The notes: generated from the sequence alone by a model not told the origin. A stretch of 64,000 nt of DNA from Escherichia coli (GCF_003334255.1 NZ_QOWU01000010.1); one strand, 5' to 3'; positions 1-18,240 are shown, numbered from the stretch's first letter. Numbers and translations: made by a program.

Positions 1-333
1 GAAGGTTTACAGGCGGCAAAACGTATTACCGAATGCCTGTTCAGCGGTTCTTTGAGTGCGCTGAGTGAAGCGGACTTCGAACAGCTGGCGCAGGACGGCG
101 TACCGATGGTTGAGATGGAAAAGGGCGCAGACCTGATGCAGGCACTGGTCGATTCTGAACTGCAACCTTCCCGTGGTCAGGCACGTAAAACTATCGCCTC
201 CAATGCCATCACCATTAACGGTGAAAAACAGTCCGATCCTGAATACTTCTTTAAAGAAGAAGATCGTCTGTTTGGTCGTTTTACCTTACTGCGTCGCGGT
301 AAAAAGAATTACTGTCTGATTTGCTGGAAATAA
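1..333 (+). CDS. tyrS: tyrosyl-tRNA synthetase, C-terminal part (5' end lies outside window)
   Basis: Frame open from position 1; C-terminal sequence ...[41 protein letters not shown]; lies upstream of pdxY as in E. coli. Confidence 0.85.
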
Positions 334-391
334 TGCATTAAGTGGAAAGGGGGAGTGAGAAATCACTCCCCCTGGTTTTTATACAGGGAAC

Positions 392-1255
392 ATGATGAAA
401 AATATTCTCGCTATCCAGTCTCACGTTGTTTATGGTCATGCGGGTAACAGTGCGGCAGAGTTTCCGATGCGCCGCCTGGGCGCGAACGTCTGGCCGCTGA
501 ACACCGTTCAATTTTCTAATCACACCCAATACGGCAAATGGACTGGCTGCGTGATGCCGCCCAGCCATTTAACCGAAATTGTGCAAGGCATTGCCGCCAT
601 TGATAAATTACACACCTGTGATGCCGTATTAAGTGGCTATCTGGGATCGGCGGAGCAGGGTGAACATATCCTCGGTATCGTCCGTCAGGTGAAAGCCGCG
701 AATCCGCAGGCGAAATATTTTTGCGATCCGGTAATGGGTCATCCGGAAAAAGGCTGTATCGTTGCACCGGGTGTCGCAGAGTTTCATGTGCGGCACGGTT
801 TGCCTGCCAGCGATATCATTGCGCCAAATCTGGTTGAGCTGGAAATACTCTGTGAGCATGCGGTAAATAACGTCGAAGAAGCGGTTCTGGCAGCGCGCGA
901 ACTCATTGCGCAAGGGCCACAAATTGTGTTGGTTAAACACCTGGCGCGAGCTGGCTACAGCCGTGACCGTTTTGAAATGCTGCTGGTCACCGCCGATGAA
1001 GCCTGGCATATCAGCCGTCCGCTGGTGGATTTTGGTATGCGCCAGCCGGTAGGTGTTGGTGATGTGACGAGCGGTTTACTGCTGGTGAAACTGCTTCAGG
1101 GGGCAACGCTGCAGGAGGCGCTGGAACATGTGACCGCTGCAGTCTACGAAATCATGGTGACCACCAAAGCAATGCAGGAATATGAGCTGCAAGTGGTGGC
1201 TGCTCAGGATCGTATTGCCAAACCAGAACATTACTTCAGCGCAACAAAGCTCTGA
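392..1255 (+). CDS. pdxY: pyridoxal kinase 2
   Basis: 287-aa ORF, ribokinase-like PdxY sequence ([24 protein letters not shown]...); synteny tyrS-pdxY-gst. Confidence 0.93.
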   Translation: MMKNILAIQSHVVYGHAGNSAAEFPMRRLGANVWPLNTVQFSNHTQYGKWTGCVMPPSHLTEIVQGIAAIDKLHTCDAVLSGYLGSAEQGEHILGIVRQVKAANPQAKYFCDPVMGHPEKGCIVAPGVAEFHVRHGLPASDIIAPNLVELEILCEHAVNNVEEAVLAARELIAQGPQIVLVKHLARAGYSRDRFEMLLVTADEAWHISRPLVDFGMRQPVGVGDVTSGLLLVKLLQGATLQEALEHVTAAVYEIMVTTKAMQEYELQVVAAQDRIAKPEHYFSATKL

Positions 1256-1267
1256 AATATCTCATTT

Positions 1268-1291
1268 CGGCCCACAACGACCTGTGGGCCG
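1268..1291. terminator. stem-loop between convergent pdxY and gst (candidate bidirectional terminator)
   Basis: Inverted repeat CGGCCCACA-acgacc-TGTGGGCCG directly after pdxY stop and downstream of gst. Confidence 0.45.
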
Positions 1292-1298
1292 ATGGCTA

Positions 1299-1904
1299 TT
1301 ACTTTAAGCCTTCCGCTGACAGCGCGTCTTGTACTTCCGGACGTTCAGCCATACGTTGCATAAATGCTGCAATGTGCTCTAACCCTTCCAGATTCAGTTT
1401 CACCGCGTATGCCCAGCGCAGAACCGTAAACAGATAGGCATCAGCAATTGTAAATCTTTGCCCGCAGATCCAGTGCTCATCCTTCAGTGCCTCGTTCACA
1501 TATTGCAGCTTCTTCTCCAGCTGCGCGCGAACTGTCGGTTTGTACTCTTCCGGTGTATCAGGGCGAAACAGAGGTGTGAAACCTTTATGCAGCTCGGTGG
1601 CGATGTAATTCAGCCATTCGATGGTTTTATAGCGGGAAATACTGTTTACCGGTGCCAGCAACTGGCGGTCGGGGACGCTGTCGGCAAGATACTGCATAAT
1701 CGCTACGCCTTCCGTCAGCAAAGTACCGTCATCCAGCAGCAATGCAGGCACCTGCCCCTTAGGGTTAACGGCAAAGTAATCGTCACCGTTTTCGAGACGT
1801 TTTTTCATTAAATCCACACTGACGAGGGTAAAATCCTTTCCGCTCTCACGCAGGGTGATATGGGAAGCGAGAGAGCAGGCACCCGGTTTGTAGAACAATT
1901 TCAT
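1299..1904 (-). CDS. gstA: glutathione S-transferase
   Basis: 201-aa [25 protein letters not shown]..., GST fold; synteny. Confidence 0.93.
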
Positions 1905-1951
1905 CGGTAACTCCTTTTGTCTGTGGTTTAAAGTATGGTAGTGCGTTGCTG

Positions 1952-1988
1952 AACAAAAAAAAAGCCGCTAACGAAAAGTTAGCGGCTT
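1952..1988 (-). terminator. rho-independent terminator downstream of dtpA
   Basis: Hairpin AAGCCGCTAAC-gaaaa-GTTAGCGGCTT followed on the minus strand by a U-run (plus-strand A9). Confidence 0.6.
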
Positions 1989-2009
1989 GTAAAAGAGTTT
2001 CCCTGAATT

Positions 2010-3512
2010 TTACGCTACGGCTGCTTTCGCCGCTTTGTCTGCAGCGTCATCCTGCGTCATGCGGTGCAGTTTCGGCGCGGTCAGCAGCATCAGTACTGCA
2101 ATAACGGCAGTAGCGACACCAATCTGCAAGAATACGCGACCATAGACTTCCAGTGACATCAGCGGATCGGTAACGTTATCCGGCACAGCCATCATACCCG
2201 CAACATAACCACCAATCAGGTTTGCACCGGCAGTGGTCAGGAACCAGCTACCCATAATGAAGCCCATCAGACGCTGCGGAACGAGTTGAGCAACCATTGC
2301 CAGACCCAGACCAGAGATCATCAGTTCCCCGATGCTCTGCAGGCCATAGCTTGCGACCAGCCAGCTTACAGACACGATACCAGCGTCAGACGCGAATTTC
2401 GCACCCAGCGGCAGAATCAGGAACGCACCAGAACACATCACCATGCCGATTGCAAACTTGGTTGGCATCGGCAGGGTATCGCCCATCTTGTTATAGATAG
2501 CGGCCAGAATCGGACTACCGATGATGATCCAGAACGGGTTCAGTGCCTGATACTGCTCAGGTTCTACGGCCAGACCCAGAATGGAGTGCTCAACGTTACG
2601 AATCGCAAAGAAGTTCAGTGACGTTGGCATCTGGCTGTACAGCACGAAGAAGATAATGGCTTCGAGCATCAGGATGAAGGCAACGATCATTTTACGACGC
2701 GCAGCACCTTTCATCGCGAAGGCTTCTTTACCGAAGATAACCACGATACCGAAGGCAACAACGCCCAGCGCCATACGCGCAACTTCCTGATTGTGCAGCA
2801 GCCAGGTGGCGATAGCGATCAGTGCCACAACACCAATAATGGTCAGCAGCAGGTTACGGTAGTTGATAGGCTCGAAGTCTGGTTTTGAACCGTACTGTTT
2901 AACCCAGCGTTGGCAGAAGGCGAAGTTAACGATAGTGATCAGCAGGCCTACAACGCTCAACGCAAACGCAACACTCCAGCCGTATTTCGCGGCCAGCCAC
3001 GGCGTAGCAATCATAGAGAAGAAAGAGCCGATGTTGACGGACATGTAGTACATGGTGAATGCACCGTCCAGACGCGGGTCGTTTTTCTCATAGCATGTAG
3101 AAAGCAGAGAAGACGGGTTAGCTTTAAACAGGCCGTTACCGACCGCAATAGCCGCCATACCCATATAAACGATACCGGCGTCGTGACCAGACCAGGCAAC
3201 CAGAGCATAACCAATCGCCAGCACAATAGCGCCGAGCATAATTACGCGTTTAGTACCCAGTACCTTGTCACCTAACCAGCCGCCGATAGCGACCAGACCA
3301 TAAACCAGGGCACTAAAGGAAGAGAAAAGGGTGATTGAATCCGCTTCAGACATACCCAGTTGTTTAACCAGGTAAACAGCCATAATTCCTTGTAGGCCGT
3401 AATAACCAAAACGTTCCCATAACTCAATCGAGAAGATGAGATAGAACGCCTTCGGTTGTTTGAAAGCGTTCAAACTGACGCTTTCAGTTGGTTTTTGGTT
3501 TGCAGTGGACAC
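2010..3512 (-). CDS. dtpA: dipeptide/tripeptide:H+ symporter (POT family)
   Basis: 500-aa polytopic membrane ORF with POT-family features; synteny next to gst and nth. Confidence 0.92.
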   Translation of the reverse strand: MSTANQKPTESVSLNAFKQPKAFYLIFSIELWERFGYYGLQGIMAVYLVKQLGMSEADSITLFSSFSALVYGLVAIGGWLGDKVLGTKRVIMLGAIVLAIGYALVAWSGHDAGIVYMGMAAIAVGNGLFKANPSSLLSTCYEKNDPRLDGAFTMYYMSVNIGSFFSMIATPWLAAKYGWSVAFALSVVGLLITIVNFAFCQRWVKQYGSKPDFEPINYRNLLLTIIGVVALIAIATWLLHNQEVARMALGVVAFGIVVIFGKEAFAMKGAARRKMIVAFILMLEAIIFFVLYSQMPTSLNFFAIRNVEHSILGLAVEPEQYQALNPFWIIIGSPILAAIYNKMGDTLPMPTKFAIGMVMCSGAFLILPLGAKFASDAGIVSVSWLVASYGLQSIGELMISGLGLAMVAQLVPQRLMGFIMGSWFLTTAGANLIGGYVAGMMAVPDNVTDPLMSLEVYGRVFLQIGVATAVIAVLMLLTAPKLHRMTQDDAADKAAKAAVA

Positions 3513-4122
3513 TTTTACCTCTTTTTTTACATCCCATATTAACGGGGGTGCTTTCTCGCGTTATGTATAAAAAACATACGCGCAATTGTTATAGTGGGAG
3601 GGGAAACGGCAGGTAATGTTCACTATCTTGCACTTTCAGACAAGTCCTTTGTAATAATCTGTTACATATAACTGAGGCGGGGAATTCAACCATTCCGGGA
3701 AATGTTATCCAGCGTTAAATTTTTCAAAAAACGTAACGGCAGATTTTTTCACTGCACTGAGAGGGGGGTGATGGCTTAACGGCGATATGTTCTGCTATTT
3801 AGCGTTTTTACTAGTGAGATAGTCCAGTTTCTGAAAAATAGCCAGTGTAATGTTTTGTAGGTCAATATTTGTTGCGTGTGTAAATTTAAATGATTTTAAC
3901 CTGATTCTTGCAATGTTTTTACATTGCGACAGCATCGTGATCTTGATCACGAATGAATAGAAAATTTCGCTATTAAAAAAACAATTAACCTGCATTTTTG
4001 GTTATCCGCAAACGGATTACCTGATGATAACGCTAAGCAATGGCATCATTGACGTTAAAAAGATGTTTTAAAAGAGGATAAAGAAAGGTTATCAATGGGG
4101 TAATCGGTGTTACCCCTTTTCT

Positions 4123-4758
4123 TCAGATGTCAACTTTCTCTTTGTATTCACAAAGATCTTCAATAATACAAGAGCCACAGCGGGGCTTGCGGGCAATGCA
4201 GGTATAACGCCCGTGCAGGATCAACCAATGGTGGCAGTCGACTTTAAACTCTGCTGGAACCACTTTCAGTAGCTTTTCTTCTACCTGTTCGACGTTTTTC
4301 CCCGGCGCAAATTGAGTACGATTACAAACGCGGAAAATGTGCGTGTCGACAGCAATAGTCGGCCAGCCGAATGCAGTGTTTAATACGACGTTGGCTGTTT
4401 TACGACCTACGCCGGGCAGGGCTTCAAGCGCAGCACGATCTTCCGGAACCTCGCCATTATGCTGCTCCAGCAAGATACGGCAGGTTTTGATGATATTTTC
4501 TGCTTTGCTGTTATAAAGCCCAATCGTTTTGATATAGGTTTTCACCCCTTCAACGCCCAGTTCAAGCATCGCTGCAGGCGTATTCGCCACCGGGTAGAGT
4601 TTCGCCGTCGCCTTATTAACACTGACATCGGTCGCCTGAGCGGAAAGCAGTACGGCAATCAGCAATTCAAAAGGCGAACTGAAATTAAGCTCGGTGGTGG
4701 GATGAGGATTGTTCTCACGCAGGCGAGTGAGGATCTCCAGGCGTTTTGCTTTATTCAT
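4123..4758 (-). CDS. nth: endonuclease III (DNA glycosylase/AP lyase)
   Basis: 211-aa ORF with HhH motif and C-terminal 4Fe-4S motif C-X6-C-X2-C-X5-C (CIARKPRCGSCIIEDLCEY). Confidence 0.93.
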   Translation of the reverse strand: MNKAKRLEILTRLRENNPHPTTELNFSSPFELLIAVLLSAQATDVSVNKATAKLYPVANTPAAMLELGVEGVKTYIKTIGLYNSKAENIIKTCRILLEQHNGEVPEDRAALEALPGVGRKTANVVLNTAFGWPTIAVDTHIFRVCNRTQFAPGKNVEQVEEKLLKVVPAEFKVDCHHWLILHGRYTCIARKPRCGSCIIEDLCEYKEKVDI

Positions 4759-5453
4759 CAGACATTCCCTGTTTCACCGTTTGGCAATGCACGTTCTGCA
4801 GCTGCTTCAGCACGGCGCTTTTTCATTCTTTCATCAATCAGGTATTTTCCTGCCAGCATCAGTCCCAGGCCAATAAATGCACCTGGTGGCAGCATCGCCA
4901 GCAGGAAAGGGGAGTCGGTGTGGAAAATCTCCACGCGTAATACTTTTGCCCAGCTACCTAACAGCGCATCTGCACCGTCAAACAATGTGCCATTGCCGAT
5001 AATTTCGCGTAGTGAACCCAGCACGAACATGGCGCAGGTTGCGCCCATACCAATTGAAAAGCCGTCCAGTGCCGAAAGCGCCGGACCTTTTTTGGCGGCG
5101 AAGGCTTCAGCGCGGCCCACAACGATACAGTTAGTGACAATCAGCGGAATAAAAATCCCTAATGATTGATACAGGCCAAAGGCGTAGGCGTTGATCAGCA
5201 TCTGTACAGCGCTGACCACCGAGGCGATGATCATCACGTAAATGGGAATGCGGATCTCGGCTGGCGTCCAGTGACGCAGCGTCGAAATGGTCAGGTTGGT
5301 CAGCGTCAGTACCAGCGTAGTCGCAAGTCCTAAACCCAGAGCGTTAGTGGCAGTGGACGTGACCGCCAACAGAGGACAAAGGCCGAGCAACTGGACCAGC
5401 GCAGAGTTGTTTTTCCACAACCCCTGAACAATAACGTCTTTAATTTCGCTCAC
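4758..5453 (-). CDS. rsxE: Rnf/Rsx electron transport complex subunit E
   Basis: 231-aa membrane ORF, first gene upstream of nth in rsx operon order. Confidence 0.9.
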   Translation of the reverse strand: MSEIKDVIVQGLWKNNSALVQLLGLCPLLAVTSTATNALGLGLATTLVLTLTNLTISTLRHWTPAEIRIPIYVMIIASVVSAVQMLINAYAFGLYQSLGIFIPLIVTNCIVVGRAEAFAAKKGPALSALDGFSIGMGATCAMFVLGSLREIIGNGTLFDGADALLGSWAKVLRVEIFHTDSPFLLAMLPPGAFIGLGLMLAGKYLIDERMKKRRAEAAAERALPNGETGNV

Positions 5454-5456
5454 GCT

Positions 5457-6077
5457 TTATTCTCCACAGGCAGGAAGTTGAGAAAGTTGTGCCGGTAACG
5501 TCTGAGCGTACAATCCGGCGCGTTTTACCGCATTAACCACCGCGCGGGGAGTAATCGTCGCGCCGGTGAACTGGTCGAAATCACCACCATCTTTCTTCAC
5601 CGCCCAGTGCGCATCATCTGCACCACTGATTTTTTTACCCGCAAAATGGGTGATCCAGTCAGAAAGGCGCAGTTCGATTTTATCGCCAAGCCCTGGCGTT
5701 TCGTGGTGCTCTGTCACGCGCGTGCCAAGTACCGTGCCGTTAAAATCGGCTCCCACCAGCAGCTGAATCGCACCGGAATAGCCATCTGGCGCGGTTGCTT
5801 CCAGAACGGCGGCTACCGGTTTGTCATCCTGTTTGGCGATGTAAACCCGATGCTCACCTTTACCTAACTCTGGCGCAGTTACCAGATAGCAACTCTGTGC
5901 CAGCGCATTGTTATAGCGTTCGGCTGGCAGCACCTGATCAAATAACGCCTTTTGTTGCAGACTGGCCTGTTCAGCAATCGTCGTTTTGGTCATCTGGTTG
6001 ATGGCCGCAGTTAACCCTGTTGAACCCGCTGCAAATAGCGCCAACGTAATGCCGTGTTTTCGGATAGTTTTCAGCAT
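5457..6077 (-). CDS. rsxG: Rnf/Rsx complex subunit G
   Basis: 206-aa ORF with N-terminal signal/anchor, FMN-binding type; operon position. Confidence 0.9.
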   Translation of the reverse strand: MLKTIRKHGITLALFAAGSTGLTAAINQMTKTTIAEQASLQQKALFDQVLPAERYNNALAQSCYLVTAPELGKGEHRVYIAKQDDKPVAAVLEATAPDGYSGAIQLLVGADFNGTVLGTRVTEHHETPGLGDKIELRLSDWITHFAGKKISGADDAHWAVKKDGGDFDQFTGATITPRAVVNAVKRAGLYAQTLPAQLSQLPACGE

Positions 6078-6080
6078 GGT

Positions 6081-7139
6081 TTACCCTTTGCGATGGCCGT
6101 AGACGCGCGGACGCGTGTAGTAATCGATCAGAGGAACCGTGATGTTCGCCAGCAGGACGGCAAAAGCCACGCCGTCAGGATAGCCGCCGAAACTGCGGAT
6201 CAACCAGACTAATAAGCCCGCAAGCGCGCCGAAAATAAGACGACCACGATTGGTCGTAGAAGCGGTAACCGGGTCAGTCAAAATAAAGAATGCGCCGAGC
6301 ATGGTCGCTCCAGACAGCAGATGAATTTGCGGTGCTGCCAGTGTTTCTGGTGAGAACAACCAGCCCAACATTGCGCATAACGCCAGCGTTACTAAGAAGC
6401 TGAGGGGAATATGCCAGCGAATCGCTTTCTGCCATAGCAACCATACGCCGCCAGCCAGCCAGGCGAGATTTACCCATTGCCAACCAGCGCCCGCCAGAAT
6501 ACCGCTGTAGATCGGATATTGCATAATCTGTTCAACCGAATGACCGGCACGGACAGAGGTTTTAAATGTATCCAGCGGTGTCGCCTGACTAATGCCATCA
6601 ATACCTAAGCGTAGTGTGTTCATATCACCACCACTGGCGGTATGACCGCTAAAAATAACCTGGATGGCGTCGATAAAACCAGGGATGTTGACCGCAATTT
6701 CATGTGGCGGTAACCAGCTGGTCATCTGCACGGGGAAGGAGATCAGTAAGACCACATAACCAATCATTGCCGGATTAAACGGGTTTTGTCCCAGACCGCC
6801 ATACAACTGTTTAGCGATGATCACCGCAAACACCGTACCCAGCACGACCATCCACCATGGCGCGAGGGGGGGAATACTTACCGCCAGCAATAAGCCTGTC
6901 AGCAATGCTGAGTTATCTTTCAACGTTGCGGCTACCGACTGCTTGCGTAGTTTGAGTACGAGAGCTTCGGCTAACAGAGCACTAACCGATGCCAACAGGA
7001 TCTGAACGAGAGTACCCCAACCAAAAAACCACAGTTGCGCTGCGATTCCTGGCACGGCTGCGAGCAACACCAACAGCATAATGCGCGATGTCTGGCGCTG
7101 GTTATGGGTATAAGGGGAGCTAGCTATTCTGAATACCAT
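6081..7139 (-). CDS. rsxD: Rnf/Rsx complex subunit D
   Basis: 352-aa polytopic membrane ORF; operon position. Confidence 0.9.
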   Translation of the reverse strand: MVFRIASSPYTHNQRQTSRIMLLVLLAAVPGIAAQLWFFGWGTLVQILLASVSALLAEALVLKLRKQSVAATLKDNSALLTGLLLAVSIPPLAPWWMVVLGTVFAVIIAKQLYGGLGQNPFNPAMIGYVVLLISFPVQMTSWLPPHEIAVNIPGFIDAIQVIFSGHTASGGDMNTLRLGIDGISQATPLDTFKTSVRAGHSVEQIMQYPIYSGILAGAGWQWVNLAWLAGGVWLLWQKAIRWHIPLSFLVTLALCAMLGWLFSPETLAAPQIHLLSGATMLGAFFILTDPVTASTTNRGRLIFGALAGLLVWLIRSFGGYPDGVAFAVLLANITVPLIDYYTRPRVYGHRKG

Positions 7140-9932
<2,793 letters not shown>

Positions 9933-9933
<1 letters not shown>

Positions 9934-10514
9934 TACAACTTCACCAAACCACTAAAGCCCATAAAGGCCAGAGACATAAGACCTGCGGTAATTAACGCAA
10001 TGGCATTACCGCGAAAAGGTGCCGGGACATCAGCCACAGCAAGGCGTTCGCGGATGGCGGCGAAGAGCACCATCACCAGCGAGAAACCGACAGCGGCGGA
10101 AAAACCGTACAGCGCCGACTGCAAGAAATTGTGCCCGAGATTGATATTCAGCAACGCCACGCCGAGCACTGCACAGTTGGTGGTGATAAGCGGCAAAAAA
10201 ATCCCCAGCAGACGGTAAAGCACCGGGCTGGTTTTGCGCACCACCATCTCGGTGAACTGCACGACCACAGCAATCACCAGAATAAATGCCAGGGTGCGCA
10301 GGTAAATCAGATTAAGTGGGATCAAAATCCACGTATCGATAAGCCAGGCGCAAATAGACGCCAGCGTCATCACAAACGTTGTTGCCAGCCCCATGCCCAT
10401 CGCGGTTTCCAGTTTTTTGGAAACCCCCATAAACGGACAGAGACCGAGAAACTTGACCAGTACAAAGTTATTGACCAGTACAGTTCCGACAAACAGTAAC
10501 AGGTAGTCAGTCAT
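9933..10514 (-). CDS. rsxA: Rnf/Rsx complex subunit A
   Basis: 193-aa polytopic membrane ORF; first gene of rsx operon. Confidence 0.9.
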
Positions 10515-10590
10515 TTTTCGGCCTGAAATAAAAAAGCCGCCTATTATCCGTTAATCCAGAGCAGGCGACAACAGGTTAACTGTAAGGTTA

Positions 10591-11031
10591 TTACGGATTC
10601 ACAAACGTCGCTTTTACCCGCGACGAGCGTTTGAAATAGGGGACGATCAATGCGGTTGCCAACAAAGTAAACAGCAACTGGCGAACGGCTATGCCATCTT
10701 CCACGGGTGAAAAAGCGAATGCTTTTACTGCCAGCAATACGGAAATAAGCAGCCAGATAATATAGTGTTTAGGAACACAACGCCGACGTTTAAAGAAAGC
10801 GATGGTCAACCACAGTGTGTAATACCACAAGGCGATAGCGGTAATAAAAGAAACGCCCCATAAGATTTGTGTCGTCAGTGCTTGTCCGCCGAGCGTTTGA
10901 AATGTTTGCGGAGAAGATAACGCAGCGGTATACAGCAACAACGCCAGCGTCGTACTCAACAGAGCGACTAAAAGCCAGGCCAACGGGCCAAGCAACCAGC
11001 CTCCAATACGTTGTGGCGTTGTGGTGGTCAT
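10591..11031 (-). CDS. ydgK: inner membrane protein YdgK
   Basis: ORF 10591-11055 begins at TTG; likely ATG start MTTTTPQRIGGW at 11031 preceded by GGAGA; hydrophobic. Confidence 0.75.
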   Translation of the reverse strand: MTTTTPQRIGGWLLGPLAWLLVALLSTTLALLLYTAALSSPQTFQTLGGQALTTQILWGVSFITAIALWYYTLWLTIAFFKRRRCVPKHYIIWLLISVLLAVKAFAFSPVEDGIAVRQLLFTLLATALIVPYFKRSSRVKATFVNP

Positions 11032-11116
11032 AGGTTCTCCAGAATAGCGACGCAAACAGGCAAATCTAATTTTAGGGGCGTTATTATAAGGCTTTTATAA
11101 CCGATCGCTACTTTCT

Positions 11117-11332
11117 TTATTGGACATAGTGCCAGACGGACTTCGGTACCTGGCCGAGGTCAAACAAACGCCCGCCAGAAACCAGCTCTGCGCGACGGTG
11201 ATCGGCAGCACGATACATATTGATCAGTTCCTGATCGTCCGTCAGGGTGTAATTAAGATGGTCGTAGAGTTTTTCCAGACTTTCGAGTGAACTGATTTTG
11301 CGAAATTTTAATAAGTAGTCCTGAACAGTCAT
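11117..11332 (-). CDS. cnu: Hha-family nucleoid-associated protein Cnu (YdgT)
   Basis: 71-aa [53 protein letters not shown]... Confidence 0.9.
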
Positions 11333-11604
11333 AAAAGGTCCATAAAATAATTAATACCAAAGGGGTAGGTATTATTAGTGATGATAAAATTTCACCAAAA
11401 GTGAACGCTTGTGTTATTACAATAATAAGAATGCACTGATGGCAAATATTCAGGGATGAAAAACTGCTCTGAAAAGAGTAACGCGCTTTACTATCCCTGA
11501 CAATCACCAACAACATCGAACAAGATAATAAATTCCTGGTTTAATATCCGACAAGTGAAAACATGCACCCGGACGGGCAGCATGTCGCTCCACAAGTGCA
11601 GAGC

Positions 11605-11730
11605 TTACTTGTGTTGTACCGAAGCACTCTGTTCAGGTGGCTGATAGTTGTCAATGTGACTCGCCACGCCAAGAAGAATGACTGAAACGACAAGAACGAT
11701 CCAACCTGTTAATTCAATAAGACGATTCAT
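11605..11730 (-). CDS. blr: small membrane protein Blr (41 aa)
   Basis: Internal Met of ORF 11605-11805 gives MNRLIELTGWIVLVVSVILLGVASHIDNYQPPEQSASVQHK. Confidence 0.8.
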   Translation of the reverse strand: MNRLIELTGWIVLVVSVILLGVASHIDNYQPPEQSASVQHK

Positions 11731-11972
11731 TACAGCCCACATCTCTCTTGATTGATCCATTAACTTCAGGGGGTAAATGTTACTTAGCAATAATAGCTCC
11801 AGCAAGATTTTTACTGAGGTTTTTGCGATATTTAGCTTTTGTCGTTGGAAAATTCGCTATTTTTTTGACTTAAGTTAAACAACATCCCTTATTGCTGGCA
11901 GGTTATTAAACTGTTGAGCGTGGGTAAAGGATAGTGTCAAATAGCCATCATACTTCAATGAGAGGCAATGAC

Positions 11973-13013
11973 ATGAGCGACAACATCCGTGTTGGGTTGA
12001 TTGGGTATGGTTATGCGAGCAAAACCTTCCATGCGCCCCTGATTGCGGGCACGCCCGGGCTGGAACTGGCGGTAATCTCCAGCAGTGATGAAACAAAAGT
12101 AAAAGCCGACTGGCCAACGGTTACGGTTGTCTCTGAGCCGAAGCATCTGTTTAACGATCCCAACATAGACCTGATTGTCATTCCTACACCCAACGATACC
12201 CATTTCCCGTTAGCCAAAGCGGCGCTTGAGGCGGGTAAACATGTGGTCGTTGATAAACCCTTTACCGTGACACTGTCACAAGCGCGAGAGCTGGATGCGC
12301 TGGCAAAAAGCCTGGGGCGTGTGCTGTCTGTATTCCATAACCGTCGCTGGGATAGCGATTTCTTGACGCTAAAAGGTTTACTCGCGGAAGGCGTGCTGGG
12401 TGAAGTTGCTTACTTTGAGTCTCATTTTGACCGCTTCCGTCCGCAGGTGCGCGATCGTTGGCGTGAACAGGGCGGCCCAGGCAGCGGTATCTGGTACGAT
12501 TTAGCACCACATCTTCTTGATCAGGCCATTACGCTTTTTGGTTTACCGGTCAGCATGACGGTAGATTTGGCACAGTTACGGCCCGGAGCGCAGTCGACCG
12601 ATTATTTCCACGCCATCTTGTCCTATCCACAGCGGCGAGTCATTTTACACGGTACCATGCTGGCAGCCGCTGAGTCAGCACGGTATATCGTGCATGGATC
12701 CCTAGGCAGTTATGTGAAATATGGCCTCGATCCACAGGAAGAACGTCTGAAAAATGGCGAGCGTCTACCGCAGGAAGACTGGGGCTACGATATGCGTGAT
12801 GGCGTACTTACCCGCGTGGAAGGTGAGGAACGTGTCGAAGAAACGCTGTTGACGGTGCCTGGGAATTATCCGGCTTACTATGCGGCTATTCGTGATGCGT
12901 TAAATGGCGATGGTGAAAATCCGGTTCCGGCAAGCCAGGCAATCCAGGTAATGGAGTTGATTGAGCTGGGCATCGAATCCGCCAAACATCGCGCGACTTT
13001 GTGCCTTGCATGA
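11973..13013 (+). CDS. ydgJ: Gfo/Idh/MocA-family oxidoreductase
   Basis: ATG at 11973 (MSDNIRVGLIGYGYASKTFHAPLI, Rossmann N-terminus) preceded by GAGG; synteny. Confidence 0.85.
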   Translation: MSDNIRVGLIGYGYASKTFHAPLIAGTPGLELAVISSSDETKVKADWPTVTVVSEPKHLFNDPNIDLIVIPTPNDTHFPLAKAALEAGKHVVVDKPFTVTLSQARELDALAKSLGRVLSVFHNRRWDSDFLTLKGLLAEGVLGEVAYFESHFDRFRPQVRDRWREQGGPGSGIWYDLAPHLLDQAITLFGLPVSMTVDLAQLRPGAQSTDYFHAILSYPQRRVILHGTMLAAAESARYIVHGSLGSYVKYGLDPQEERLKNGERLPQEDWGYDMRDGVLTRVEGEERVEETLLTVPGNYPAYYAAIRDALNGDGENPVPASQAIQVMELIELGIESAKHRATLCLA

Positions 13014-13046
13014 AAAATGGATGGTGCATTTGCACCATCCATTTTG

Positions 13047-14048
13047 TTACTTCGCGGCGACTTTTTCTCGCAGTGCGCGTTTTTCCTCAGCGCTGAGGAA
13101 AGCCATTTCCAGACCATTAATCTGTGCCTGGCGGATTTGCTCGCGGGATAACCCAGCAGCTGGCGCGGCAACGGTATATTCGTGAATGATATCCACTCCC
13201 TGTACGCCGGGATCGTCAGTGTTAATGCTGGCACGAATGCCATGCTCAAGGAACGTTTTCAGCGGATGTGCAGCCAGCTCTGCTACGGTGCTGGTCTGAA
13301 TATTGGAGGTCAGACAGGATTCAATACCAATTTGTTGCTCGGCGAGAAAATCCATCAGCGCCCGATCTTCAATGGCTTTTACGCCATGTCCAATACGCTC
13401 CGCACCCAGTTCACGAATCGCCTGCCAGATGCTTTCCGGCCCGGCAGCTTCGCCTGCATGGACGGTAATATGCCAGCCCGCATCACGCGCGCGGTTGAAG
13501 TGAGAAAGGAACAGACTTCCCGGGAAACCAAGTTCATCACCGGCTAAATCAAGTGCGGTAATCTGGTCACGGTGGGCTAAAAAGGCCTCCAGCTCTTGCT
13601 GACAGGCGGCTTCGCCGAAGGTCCGGCTCATAATGCCGATAAGCTTCGCCTGCACACCAAAGGTGCGGCAACCTTCACGTACGCCATCGATCACCGCTTC
13701 GACAACACCCGCTACAGGCAGCTGATGTGCCATTGCCATGTAGCCTGGTGAAAAACGCAGCTCGACATAGTGCAGGCCGTGACGGGCTGCATCTTCAATG
13801 TTTTCAAATGCCACGCGGCGACAGGCATCAAGAGAGGCGAGAACTTTAACGCCCCAGTCAAGTTTGGTCAGAAAGCTCACCAGATCGGGTTCGTTGGCAA
13901 TGACCTGAACGTGGGGAATCAGTGTTTCCAGGGATTGTGCAGGAAGCGAGATATTATACTGGCGGCCAAGTTCAAGAATGGTCTGGGGACGAATGTTGCC
14001 ATCAAGGTGGCGATGGATATCAGTTAATGGCAGGGTGGTATCAATCAT
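13047..14048 (-). CDS. add: adenosine deaminase
   Basis: 333-aa [24 protein letters not shown]... with metal-binding HxHxD signature. Confidence 0.93.
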
Positions 14049-14151
14049 GGTCGCACTCTTTTTCTGGATATAAAAGTGCGCACCATTATAAAAACAAAGC
14101 AGGGTAAAAATCCACGATTGCGCAACGATTTTTTACGTTGCGCAATTGGGG

Positions 14152-15324
14152 TTAACGAACAGCGCGGATGGCGTTAATTAATCCAGCCACACCTTTTTCC
14201 AGTTTCGAACGTGGGCAGCCGGCATTGAGACGGACAAAACCACGACCTTCTTCACCGTAGGTATACCCCGGCATGATCGCGACTTTTTCTTGTTCGATAA
14301 GTGCTTTTTGCAACGCGTTGTCGTCAATATTCAACGGACGTAAATCAAGCCATGCCAGATAAGTGGATTGTGGGATCTGCCAGTTGAGTTCAGGAAACGC
14401 GGCGTTCATTTTATCTGCGATATACGTCAGGTTATCTTTCAGATAGATGCGTAAGGCATCCAGCCACGGCGCGCCTTGCTGATAGGCGGCGATATGGGCA
14501 GTTAACGCCAGTACCGAAGGGGAAGAAAGCCCATCACGGCCTTTCAGTGCCGATAAATAGGCATCGCGGCTACTGCTATTTTCTATAATCCCGTAAGCAC
14601 CGGTCAGGGCGGGAATATTGAAACTTTTCGAGCCCGACGTTAGCAACGCCCAGTCTCCGCGAGCCACATTACTCCAGGGAATATGCGGCTGCTCGCCCCA
14701 AACCATATCCATATGGATTTCATCGGAAATAACCCGCACACCATGACGCTCGCACAGGTCAGCCATGATCTCCAGCTCATCGCACGTCCACACTTTCCCG
14801 GTAGGATTCTGTGGGCTACACAGGAGCATAATTTTACATTCTGGTTTCGCCAACACGGCTTCCAACTTGCCCATATCGCAAAACCAACCATCAGCCTGCT
14901 TCTCTAAAGCAACGGGCATTACTGTGCGCTGGTTACCTTCAATGGCCTTGTAAAATGCGTCATAGGCGGGTGTGTGGATCACCACGCCTTCACCTGTTTC
15001 AGACCACTGACGAATCAGTTCTGAAACCATATAGATGACAGAAGGGCCATACACCACCGTCTGAGAATCGATGGCGGTGTAATGCTGGGTGGAAAACCAG
15101 TGGGCAATAGCCGCGAGAAACTCATCGTTTTTCCAGCGGCTGTAGCCAAATACGCCGTGCATCAGGCGCTGATTCAGCGCCTCGATAATGCAGGGGGCAG
15201 TGGCAAAATCCATGTCTGAAATCGTGAACGGTAACAGGTCAGCAGTGCCGAAACGGTCAGCGACATAATCCCACTGTGTACACCATGTGCCATGACGATC
15301 CACGACCTTTGAAAAATCGAACAT
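14152..15324 (-). CDS. malY: PLP-dependent cystathionine beta-lyase / MalT-interacting protein
   Basis: 390-aa aminotransferase-class ORF; downstream of malX in same orientation. Confidence 0.9.
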   Translation of the reverse strand: MFDFSKVVDRHGTWCTQWDYVADRFGTADLLPFTISDMDFATAPCIIEALNQRLMHGVFGYSRWKNDEFLAAIAHWFSTQHYTAIDSQTVVYGPSVIYMVSELIRQWSETGEGVVIHTPAYDAFYKAIEGNQRTVMPVALEKQADGWFCDMGKLEAVLAKPECKIMLLCSPQNPTGKVWTCDELEIMADLCERHGVRVISDEIHMDMVWGEQPHIPWSNVARGDWALLTSGSKSFNIPALTGAYGIIENSSSRDAYLSALKGRDGLSSPSVLALTAHIAAYQQGAPWLDALRIYLKDNLTYIADKMNAAFPELNWQIPQSTYLAWLDLRPLNIDDNALQKALIEQEKVAIMPGYTYGEEGRGFVRLNAGCPRSKLEKGVAGLINAIRAVR

Positions 15325-15333
15325 ATCTTATCC

Positions 15334-18129
<2,796 letters not shown>

Positions 18130-18240
18130 TCCTCTCTTTATCTGCTATACCTGGTAGTGTCCTTTCCTCAAGGTTAATGATAAAAAATGTGGCACACAGG
18201 CGGTGCCTTTTATTTTTACTGAAGTTCACAGGAGGTTTAT

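Noticed and set aside
3795-3995. 66-aa ORF in the dtpA-nth intergenic region
   Set aside because: AT-rich promoter region, no RBS, low-complexity translation.
4459-5169. 236-aa plus-strand ORF antisense to nth/rsxE
   Set aside because: Fully embedded antisense to two well-supported genes, no RBS, no recognisable domain.
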